Assembly (NCBI RefSeq): GCF_024521635.1
Contig: NW_026250423.1
Location: 496,001 to 560,000 of the forward strand
DNA length: 64,000 nucleotides
Reading direction: 5' to 3'
Source: Tricharina praecox
Taxonomy: Eukaryota
This document shows positions 50,450 through 61,323 of this stretch, in pieces. The first letter of the stretch is position 1, and each line of letters begins with the position of its first letter. The position numbers and the translations under genes are program-made. Below the pieces are notes generated by a model. It worked only from the letters and a program-made list of their open reading frames with translations. It was not told the origin of the DNA and did not search any database.

Positions 50450-52300
50450 GCAAGATGCAGGAGCAAGTCCTCCCGAGAAGCTGTCACGCCACAACCAATG
50501 GAGAACCACAACAGCGATTTCGGACCTCGAGGACACCATACCGAAAGTCATCCAGGTTTGTCTGCTTCTCTGTCACATCTACAGTTTTTACTATGAAGCA
50601 CAGTGCTTGGCCCGAGATTCCAACCGCATGGGACTCTGAAATGAGTTTGTCTTCGTGGAAAGTACTAGGTATCGAACTCATTTCATCAACTGAAGGAATC
50701 AGTGTTCTCCATCGTCCGGTCCAGACGGTCCGATCCTCGGACGGACGGTTGCAAGATTTCTCTGTCAGGTCCGAGCCTGGGACGGACGGGTCGGTCCTCG
50801 CCCGACGGTGGAGGACGACCGTCCATATCACGTGATAATGTTCTGATCACTCGTCCCAATAGGGGCATACACTAGCCGTTTGCAGATGCACGACTGAGAT
50901 ATCATGATATCTTTTGCAATGAGGATCAACGACCTTTGGCAATTGCTGGTCATCACTTACTATACCGACAGATGTTACCTTGCTCACTCAACACCGACTA
51001 CTCTTTTGATGTGGCAATTCTCAACACGACTGATGAGGAGGACTTGGAGTAGATTGTACTGCGCACAAATTGCCCAGTCATGCCGACGCTGTTGAGGCGA
51101 AGAGTATCAGTATTCTGACTCGGACGCCTAACTTCTACGCCCGAAATCAGGTTTTTGCACAAGGCTTGGCGTCGGACGGCCGCAGGACGGTCGTCGACGG
51201 TCGTCCGTCTGGTCCGTCCGCTGAAATAACCTTGGCCGTCATGTCCGACGCTCGGACGGATGGAAGGCACGCCGTCCGTCTTCGTCCAAGGCCCAGGACG
51301 GACGGACCGGACGATAGAGAACACTGGAAGGAACCCATTTCTAGACCTTGTCCCTAAAGATTGGCCTGTTGTTCTGATTTCTGGGTCTATATTCTTTTGG
51401 TGGCTTTACTGAACCCAACTTTCACGCAGACCTTCAGAAAGACCGGCTATCTGGGGGCTTTAAGACAGAATACGAAAATACCACGACTATTGTTTAATGA
51501 GGTCATCAAGATGCCACAGGTTGTTGGGCAGACTTTCACTGGTATCTACAACATATGTCTATCTGAATTCTAGACTTACATATATAACTGCTGGACATCG
51601 CCGTCACCACATCCTAAGAGTCATATTCAGACATCTCCTCCGGCTCGGGCATCAGTCCTCCTAAAAGCCATATCCAGACATCGCCTTCATTCTCCCTGCA
51701 TATTTATACCAAGATATTTCCGTACAAATTCCAGGCAAGGCTGATTGAGCGGCGTAACTGGCCAGCTTGGCCACCAACAGCACCATAGCATAGACTGCGT
51801 AGCACGATATATAAATGCTGCTCATTTTCTCGGATAGTGGCAGAAGTACTCGGACAGGCATTTAGCATCCCGGCAGGCAGCATTTTTCCTGGGCAGGAAG
51901 CTTTCTCTCCGAGGTCTGATTGTACTTGAGGTATCGAGTCGAACGGGCCTCCAGGAAACACGGGGACGGCGAACATCTCCACTGCGCAACAGTCCAAAAA
52001 ATTTGAAGATGCTATGTACAGATGATCTACGGAATGGACATGAGCACATCATCGCTCTCAGATGATAGCAACAACCTGCTAAATAATGTCCGTTTGTCTC
52101 CCACTACACCGGTATATCGCGATCCGCCTAAGCGGTAGATCATTATCGAACTCGCACGTACTTAGTATGATCTGATAGGGGAATTCAAGACTCAAGAGGA
52201 ACTAAACCTGTTTCTCGATTGGCCTCTTCAACCTCCTGCAGCATCACTCGATGCTAAACTTTGACGTCAGCTGCCATGGATGATAGCGAGACCAGGTACG
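50450..52300 (+). pseudogene. Degenerate gene relic interrupted by the hAT element
   Basis: Protein-like fragments in shifting frames with many stops (e.g. YDLIGEFKTQEELNLFLDWPLQPP) and GTTTGT/GTACGT donor-like sites; family not recognised. Confidence 0.25.
50700..51326. mobile_element. Non-autonomous hAT-type DNA transposon, 627 bp
   Basis: 23-bp TIRs CAGTGTTCTC(C/T)ATCGTCCGGTCC with one mismatch; flanking 8-mers GAAGGAAT and GAAGGAAC (7/8 TSD match); subterminal arrays of GGACG/CGTCC; no transposase ORF. Confidence 0.9.
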
Positions 52301-53049
52301 TAGTCCCTTTCGTCAATGACCATGCAACCAACGGCCTAGTACTTACAAGGCTTCACAATTTCAATGCGAGCTCGGCAGCTCGGCTTACACACAGGAAAGT
52401 GTCGAAAACAACACAACTCCGACCACCTGCGTGACCCCAAAAATTACTTCCGTAGATGCGGCGCATCCAAATCTTCCATTCCCGGTTGACCCTCCCGGCA
52501 ATCAGGCACAGGTCAGTGACGGTGGTAATATCAGCGGGTGCCTTGAGGCTGGGTATTCATTTTTATAAATCTAAACATGCAAAGAGTTCAGCACGCCATG
52601 GGGATGGAACGAAACTAACGCAGCTCTGAGCCGAACGCTTTGCAGTGTACAGCTTCAATTCACGGCCATGCGGAAAACCGCTACTAATCTACCAAGAGTC
52701 TGAGTTTCCGGACATGATCCATCAAAACGTAGGCTAGAAATCGAACAAAGTCAACGTTGCAACCCACCGGCTCCTTCCCAAATCACCCCAACCACTTCTA
52801 CCCATACTCCCTGTCACGTCCCATAGCTTCCTAGGAAATACAAGCAATCGCCACACATATGATATGTTCGCCATCTTATATTCTCTGCGCAGCTTAAAAT
52901 GCTCCATCAAGCCGAAAACGTCCATCACAAAACAGCAACTGAAAAATCAAGCAACGCCGCAATAGGTCAGCGAGGATTGCATGGAGTTGAATAGCGTGTG
53001 GAGAAAACATACCTATCCATTGTCGCTAATCGAGGGCCCCTCGCCGCAC

Positions 53050-56000
53050 TTATAGCTGCGCTATACCGTTCCTTGCATCTGCGATCGATGCCTGCAAAGC
53101 GTTGACATGTTCCCCACCTTGAGCGTCGAGATCCGCCCCTTTCTCCAAGAGCAACCGTATCGCCGCCTCATGGCCACTTGAGGCCGCTGCCTGAAGTGCA
53201 TTGCCGTATTTTCCACCTTGGGCGTTGACATCCGCCCCTTTCTCCAAGAGCAACCGTATCACCGCCTCAATGCCACGTGAGGCCGCTGCCTGAAGTGCAT
53301 TGCCGTATTCTCCACCTTGGGCGTTGACATCCGCCCCTTTCTCCAAGAGCAACCGTATCACCGCCTCATGGCCACGTGAGGCCGCTGCCCAAAGTGCATT
53401 GCCGTATTGTCCACCTTGGGCGTTGACATCCGCCCCTTTCTCCAAGAGCAACCGTATCGCCGCCTCAAGGCCACTTGAGGCCGCTGCCTGAAGTGCATTG
53501 CCGTATTGTCCACCTTGGGCGTTGACATCCGCCCCTTTCTCCAAGAGCAACCGGACCGCAGTATCTTCGCCACTTGAGGCCGCTGCCTGAAGTGCATTGC
53601 CGTAAAATCCACCTTGGGCGTTGACATCCGCCCCTTTCTCCAAGAGCAACCGTATCACCGCCTCATGGCCACTTGAGGCCGCTGCCTGAAGTGCATTGCC
53701 GTATTCTCCATCTTGGGCGTTGACATCCGCCCCTTTCTCCAAGAGCAACCGTATCGCCGCCTCATGGCCACTTGAGGCCGCTGCCTGAAGTGCATTGCCG
53801 TATTCTCCACCTTGGGCGTTGACATCCGCCCCTTTCTCCAAGAGCAACCGTATCACCGCCTCATGGCCACGTGAGGCCGCTGCCTGAAGTGCATTGCCGT
53901 ATTTTCCACCTTGGGCGTTGACATCCGCCCCTTTCTCCAAGAGCAACCGTATCACCGCCTCATGGCCACGTGAGGCCGCTGCCTGAAGTGCATTGCCGTA
54001 TTCTCCACCTTGGGCGTTGACATCCGCCCCTTTCTCCAAGAGCAACCGTATCGCCGCCTCATGGCCACTTGAGGCCGCTGCCTGAAGTGCATTGCCGTAT
54101 TCTCCACCTTGGGCGTTGACATCCGCCCCTTTCTCCAAGAGCAACCGTATCACCGCCTCATGGCCACGTGAGGCCGCTGCCCAAAGTGCATTGCCGTATT
54201 GTCCACCTTGGGCGTTGACATCCGCCCCTTTCTCCAAGAGCAACCGTATCGCCGCCTCAAGGCCACTTGAGGCCGCTGCCTGAAGTGCATTGCCGTATTG
54301 TCCACCTTGGGCGTTGACATCCGCCCCTTTCTCCAAGAGCAACCGGACCGCAGTATCTTCGCCACTTGAGGCCGCTGCCTGAAGTGCATTGCCGTAAAAT
54401 CCACCTTGGGCGTTGACATCCGCCCCTTTCTCCAAGAGCAACCGTATCACCGCCTCATGGCCACTTGAGGCCGCTGCCTGAAGTGCATTGCCGTATTCTC
54501 CATCTTGGGCGTTGACATCCGCCCCTTTCTCCAAGAGCAACCGTATCGCCGCCTCATGGCCACTTGAGGCCGCTGCCTGAAGTGCATTGCCGTATTCTCC
54601 ACCTTGGGCGTTGACATCCGCCCCTTTCTCCAAGAGCAACCGTATCACCGCCTCATGGCCACGTGAGGCCGCTGCCTGAAGTGCATTGCCGTATTTTCCA
54701 CCTTGGGCGTTGACATCCGCCCCTTTCTCCAAGAGCAACCGGACCGCAGTATCTTCGCCACTTGAGGCCGCTGCCCAAAGTGCATTGCCGTATTCTCCAC
54801 CTTGGGCGTTGACATCCGCCCCTTTCTCCAAGAGCAACCGTATCGCCGCCTCATGGCCACTTGAGGCCGCTGCCTGAAGTGCATTGCCGTATTCTCCACC
54901 TTGGGCGTTGACATCCGCCCCTTTCTCCAAGAGCAACCGGACCGCAGTATCTTCGCCACTTGAGGCCGCTGCCTGAAGTGCATTGCCGTATTGTCCACCT
55001 TGGGCGTTGACATCCGCCCCTTTCTCCAAGAGCAACCGTATCACCGCCTCAATGCCACGTGAGGCCGCTGCCTGAAGTGCATTGCCGTAACATCCACCTT
55101 GGGCGTTGACATCCGCCCCTTTCTCCAAGAGCAACCGGACCGCAGTATCTTCGCCACTTGAGGCCGCTGCCTGAAGTGCATTGCCGTATTCTCCACCTTG
55201 GGCGTTGACATCCGCCCCTTTCTCCAAGAGCAACCGTATCACCGCCTCAATGCCACGTGAGGCCGCTGCCTGAAGTGCATTGCCGTAACATCCACCTTGG
55301 GCGTTGACATCCGCCCCTTTCTCCAAGAGCAACCGGACCGCAGTATCTTCGCCACTTGAGGCCGCTGCCTGAAGTGCATTGCCGTAAAATCCACCTTGGG
55401 CGTTGACATCCGCCCCTTTCTCCAAGAGCAACCGTATCGCCGCCTCAAGGCCACTTGAGGCCGCTGCCTGAAGTGCATTGCCGTATTCTCCACCTTGGGC
55501 GTTGACATCCGCCCCTTTCTCCAAGAGCAACCGTATCACCGCCTCATGGCCACGTGAGGCCGCTGCCTGAAGTGCATTGCCGTAAAATGTAATGCCGGTA
55601 TCTCGTCTGATGAAGAAGCGGACTACTTCCAGTTGCTCATTCCCAGCCGCTTCGATGATCGAATAATGGCCCTTGCTATCGGCCTCGTTCATAAGGCTGA
55701 GCAGCCGGTCAACGGCATCAACCGAGCCTCCACGAGCAGCGTCATCCAGCGCATGCTTCAGTTGCGTTGAATCTACAGTAAAGCCATTGAGGGTATAGAG
55801 CTCGGTGTAGACATTCAGAATGTCGAACAGGGCACAAAAGCTCAACACGCTGAATACTTGCGGAAAATTTCTGTTCCTTGCTATATAAGGGGCAATATAG
55901 TTTTCGCACTCAAAGAGGGTTTTTAGCAAGGCTATTAAACCCGCTGTTAGCGGCCATGGTGCCCTTCGAAGATGCTTATCCCAGTTTGAGAATATATAGG

Positions 56001-58815
56001 CCAGGCCACCATTCAAAGTTCCCTCAGCATATAGAATCCATTGACGGCTTTGGATCTGGCGGAAGTTCTCACAGAGGAAGAGGGAAATTGACCGCCTCGC
56101 AAGTTCCGAGTTGGCTTCGCTCTCATCGGGGATAAACTCGAAGTTGTCGTTGAGAAACTCCTTCACAGTGAAATGAATCGGCCTTACAAATCCGTCATCG
56201 CTGTTAAGAAGGCCGCAGCATGCGTCGATGGCTACATGGTCCTGATATTTCCCTTTGAGCTCTTCGAGTTTTCTCGTTGTCGATTCAATGGCTATCACAA
56301 TAGCCAACTCTCCAGTATTGAGCGGCCGCGTCGCCGTGATCACCCAGACCAACGCTCGCCGAGCTAATTCCACCATTGTGGGGTGTTGAGATTTGATCTT
56401 CATCAGGATACGGTGGTAGGTTGATGTCATGTTGGTAGGGAGCCGTTGCAATGCGTTTTGAATATCAAGCTTTGACGGCAGCTCAAAGATGTGGTCCAGT
56501 TGAAATTTCACCCACAGAAACCTTCTCAATGTCAGTACTGTCGTTAAAAAAAAAGCTGTGCTAGGATACGTCTTACATTCCGTTCGATTGATTCACCAGC
56601 GCGTCCTCCACTTGCTTCTTCAGACTAGAATCCGTGTGAATATTATAATAAGGATGACTGCGATTCTCCAGTTCATATGTTACGTAGGATGCCGTATCGG
56701 CTTTCACCTTCGTCGCCTCGACCGTAATGGTTCTGAATGTCTCCGACCCAAAGGCCTCCTTGATATCCGGCTCCGGGCGGCTGGTTACGAACAACTTCAG
56801 CTTTCTCGGTGAGCTCTGGAAGATGCGCACTATGTATACGAGTAAACTTTTGCGGTAGTCCTTCTTGCACTCGTCCATCGCGTCTATCACGAGAAAGACC
56901 TGGTCGAAACATCCGATCGTCTTCTCGAAGTGGTCTTCAAGCTCTGTCAATCGCGGGGCGCGGTCATCGGATGTGCATCGAGTGTAGAGATCCAATATGT
57001 GCTGAGGGATATCCTTTGTTCGACGGCAGAGTTGTTTGATCAATGTTGATAATATCTGGACAGGCGTCGACTCGGCCTGAAAGCTGAAAAAGAAAAAGGC
57101 AATCCCAACACGGGGGTCAAGTAGATATAGGGACCTCGTCTCCTCTATAACGATGGATCTATCACATGAAATGAGCATTTACTCTGAGACAAGAGAGTAA
57201 AGTTCTTCACTCACGCAATAACAGATTTCCCTACGCCGGCTAGTTACGGGTTAGAAAACGAATACAAGATGGAGACCCGACGACGTACCAGAGCCATGAC
57301 ACCACAAAAGGCAATGCTTCACGTCATCAATCCACTCTTTCAACTCCGTCAACTCAACCAACCACATCCCCGTTCCCGGATGTCTCTGCACGAAATACCT
57401 CTCGAAGTCATCCTCGGGCTCCAGGTTTGACAGCCACGCTAATTGGCTCCGTCGTTCGTGGTCTCTCTTGTTAGCCGGCTCTCTTGAGCACTCGGATCCT
57501 CAACTTTTGCAGATTCGTATGTACATACTTGCAGTTTTCCGCGCGTTCAATGCCTCCTGCAACAGCTGCCTCCCCTTCTCCATAATGTTTGCCGTCTTCT
57601 CGATCTTCATTATATGCTCGTTGAAGCGCTTATTGATTTCGTCGAACGTGTCCTCCAGTGGGCTCGACAACTGTTTGAAAAATACCCTGGCCGATATCTT
57701 GTCTATCACGTTGTGCTTAGTTCTTTTTCCGGTAGATATCCCGTGCATAACATACCATTCAACGTTCCGTCCTCCTTCACGAATATCCCGCAAGCAGTCT
57801 TGAAAAACATGATGAGATCCCCGTACGCGTCGCGAAGTGCCTACACCATCAATCAGCACATCCACACGCGAAAGAGAAGAATAGTCTCACCGTTTTCACC
57901 TCTGAATACCCGCTGTAGAGTTTGCCGTAACGCGATAGGTACTCCAGATTCTCACTCATCAAGGAAATCGTCTCTGCTAGCTTATCAAAGAACCCCGCAT
58001 ACCTCGTTCCAATCTACCACCGCCGGCCTTGTATCAGCATTTCATGAATACCATACTATCGCACCGCCAGGCAACAACATACATCGATAAAGATCTTGAG
58101 CCCGCCAACTACCACTTGCGCGACCTGGCTGAACTGCGCCGGAACCGCCAGTACCTTCAGGTAGCCATCCGTCGCCTGTAAAAAGCGCTGGGCCTTGATG
58201 ATGGGCTCACGGAGGACGCTGTCAGTGTGGTGCTGCTGATTGAGGTCCTGGACCACACCAAGCAACTCGACGGCTGAAGCACCAAGGAAAGCGGTTCTCT
58301 GGGCAGCACTGAGCTCGTCGTTGTGTCGCTGGAGCTCCTCGCGGAATATATCATCCGCAGGGTCCGTATGATCAAGTAGTGCGGCCAGGGCGTAGGGGGC
58401 GTCATCCCGGGTTTGCAAGGCGGGTGAGGTTGTTCGGGATCCAATACCCGGTGGACCTGTCGGAGCAGCAGTTTTTTGAGGCGGAGGTGTAGAGCCACTC
58501 GGAGACCCACAATACGGCGCAGGAAGAACTCGCGGGACCAAAGGTGTTGCGAGGGGAGGTGCACTGCTTTGAGGATCCACCGCTTGCGCCACGGTATTCG
58601 GAGTCGTAGCCGCACCTGGGCTTCAAGATAACAACGTAGAAAACCCATTAGTTTCCCTGTAGCATTGCGACATGACGCGCCACCCACCTTGTAGTATTCC
58701 CACTGGATGCTTGCGCGATGCGGGAGTTGGGGCCGGTGCCTGCAAGATCCGTCGACGGTGGCCTAGAGCAGCAGAGAATCGATCTTCGGAGCCTGAGGCC
58801 TATTTCCTTTGGCAT
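53050..58815 (-). CDS. Fungal NLR: helical N-terminal domain + NACHT + winged helix + ankyrin repeats, ~1766 aa
   Basis: Exons 58815-58688, 58620-58083, 58013-57891, 57840-57756, 57702-57529, 57462-57289, 57239-57215, 57158-56577, 56521-53050 join in frame (5301 nt). Motifs RHPGTGMWL, Walker A LWCHGSAGVGKS, Walker B VFLVIDAMDEC, LFVTSRPE, GMFLWVKFQL, LP..M...Y.RIL, VRPIHFTVKEFL, then ANK repeats. Confidence 0.93.
53110..55584 (-). repeat. 25 tandem 99-bp ankyrin-coding repeats with very high internal conservation
   Basis: Unit YGNALQAAAS(S/R)GxxxxxRLLLEKGADVNAQGGx counted 25 times (2475 bp). Confidence 0.97.
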
Positions 58816-59338
58816 TGTTGTCTTGATTGTAGGGGTGCTGTTGGTTGTAAGAATGAGGCTTTTGGGATAGATGGAGACTGTGAATCACCCCGCACGTCCA
58901 AACGATTGAAGGGCTGAGAAAGAATACACGGCGTACTTACAGACCCAGATACGTGTTCCGACTGATTGGTACCCAATCGACCAATAGATTTCTGCAGCAA
59001 CTCACCACCTGAGACAAAAAGGCTCGCAGTTCAATATGCGATTTTCGTCCACGCCACAGCGCTTAGAGTCCACTGCTCCCTCTGGTTCTAGTTAGTTATA
59101 CGGTACATACACTTTCTGAGTATAGCAGTGACCAGTGACCAATGACCAATGAACATCGCTTGGCCGGCAAGAAGATCTGTTGCCGTCACCTAATGCGACC
59201 TCTAGCGATACATACGAATATCACGAAGCTCCCTCTCCCCTTCTCTCTCTCTTCATTCATTCAATTCATACAAGAAAACAACTAAAACACGCCCAACAAC
59301 ACCAAGGAAAGTCCAACCAAACCCCTACTGGCCCCTCC

Positions 59339-61114
59339 TCATTTGCGGTAGTAAATCTTCTTGAGCTGGAAATGCAGCTGGAGAATCCCTTTCTCGAAGC
59401 TACTCTTAAACCCGCGCTCCCGCTTCGCAGAGTAATCCCACTCCTTATCCACGATCCGAAACGCGATGTCTTCGTACGGCGGACCGGCAATGAAGCGGAT
59501 GAGACACGTATCCTCTTCACCCGCGGGCGCAAAGCTTTGCCCACGCTTCCTCCCTCCTTCTCGCTCGATCCGGTAGGTTGGCGCCTTCGATTTGTCGATG
59601 AGATCTGGGTAGAAGATATTGAATTTGTACCCCTGGACGACCTTGGGCGGTGGGTTGTCGTGGTCGTAGTGTGTCTGATTGTATTTGTTCCATTCGTAGC
59701 CCATCTGCACGCGGTTGAAGTAGCGGGGCTTGCGGGGGCGGTATTTGTCCGCCCAGGCGGGTTTGGCGGTGGACACTTCTTCCTCGCCGGTAAAGATCTC
59801 TTCGTTGTCGGAGACGCCGCGAGCAACTTCTCGCTCATAGAGTGCCTTGGTGGCTTGCGAGAAATCATCGTTAAAAACTGCTGCGAAGCGTGAGGTAGGG
59901 GCGACTGCTGTTGAGGACTCGGGCTTCGAGGGAGATGTAGGCCAGAGAGATTTGGTGGACACAACCTTGTCTTGCGGGCGAGGCTTGTGCGGGACATAGC
60001 CCATTTTGTGGATCTTCTTTCGCTTCGCCGTTATCGAGGCGAGAAATTCTTTCTCATCCATAACCTCGAAGCCTTTGTCTTCGTACCGGAGCTTCAGCAA
60101 AGGCTCTGGATCCATCTCGCGGGAGTAGAGCACGAGAGGCGCGTCGCGGTATGCCTTCTCGGTGTTTGGGTTCTCGCTTCCTTCCTCGACCACGTCTTTT
60201 GGCCCGAGAATTGCTTCTAACTTCTGGCGTACCGTCTCCGCCTCTTCCTGCTGCTGTTTCCGCAATATTGCAAGGCGGTTAGCGATGACGCGTGAGTAGA
60301 CGTTCTTGAGACTAGCTTTAGCTTTCCAGATGCGCAAGCTGCGCAGAAGCTCATTCCAGTAGTCGACGTCGATAGGCTCATTGGAATTGAGTTTCTTCAC
60401 AATCTGTTCCTCTAGTGTTTCGAGTTCCGAGAGCGTTTTGCTGCCGAGAAGCTTGTCGACGTCGCTTGCAACCGAACCGACTGCACGGTTTCCGTCCGGG
60501 TTGACGCTACTCAGCTTCGAGCGGCGGTCGGCGCATAGGATCTTCATAGTCTGAATATATCGTCAGCGTTCCTCTGCCACGAACCCGCGCATGTAGAATA
60601 ACCCCACCCTCCAGAACTCATTATTAACCCGGTTGGTCTCGAGCGAAATGTACGCCTCGATATCCGTCTGCAACTCTGCGAGCTCCTTCTCCCCCAGGTT
60701 TTCCAGTATACTCTCCGGATCAACGACATCTAGATCATCGTCTGGGATCTCATCTTCAAGCGGATTCCGTTCCGTATCATCAATGACGCGCAGATTCACC
60801 GCAAGCCAGTCAATCGGCTTCGCACGGCCCTCCTTCACCCGAATCTCCGCCTTCTTCTTTGCCTGCTTAAGTACAAACACATCCTCCTGCTGAACCCACT
60901 GACGTGCCTGCTCTGCTTCCTGTAGAGCGTTGAGTCGTGTCTGCTCTTTCATGTTCCGATCGTGCCGACGACGGTCGTCGTCACCACCGCCGCTGGCTTC
61001 GTCGGGCCGCGACGACCGATGCGCTTCTTTTTCTTTACGCCATGGTGGGGGGGAGCTCGAGCGCGTACGTTTGCGAGAGGTACGGTCTTCGACGTCGTGT
61101 TGGCGGTAGGACAT
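59339..61114 (-). CDS. Cactin (spliceosome-associated factor), ~572 aa
   Basis: QEDVFVLKQAKKKAEIRVKEGRAKPIDWL, VDYWNELL, and C-terminal RKPRYFNRVQMGYEWNKYNQTHYDHDNPPPKVVQGYKFNIFYPDLIDK...AGPPYEDIAFRIVDKEW. One intron 60607-60551. Confidence 0.95.
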
Positions 61115-61323
61115 CTCGTAGGTTGTTCGTGAATTGTTGGTGGTGAATTGTGGAAGAACAGAGAAGCTCAACGTTGTCGTTATTGGTGTCAACGGGCTAC
61201 GCTAAAAACTGTCTAGCGCCAACCGATCGATGCAACTGTCGTCAAGCTCCTTCGCCCTGCTCACAAAACACGTCAACGCCAACAGCAAGCAACACCCACG
61301 ACCCAACGCGTGACGACAGCATA
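61115..61323. promoter_or_regulatory. Probable bidirectional promoter between cactin and the TFIP11/Ntr1-like gene
   Basis: Only 209 bp between the two divergent ATGs. Confidence 0.6.

Noticed and set aside
53110..55584. Regular repeat array resembling CRISPR
   Set aside because: Units are 99-bp in-frame ankyrin codons with no unique spacers and no cas genes, in a eukaryotic gene.
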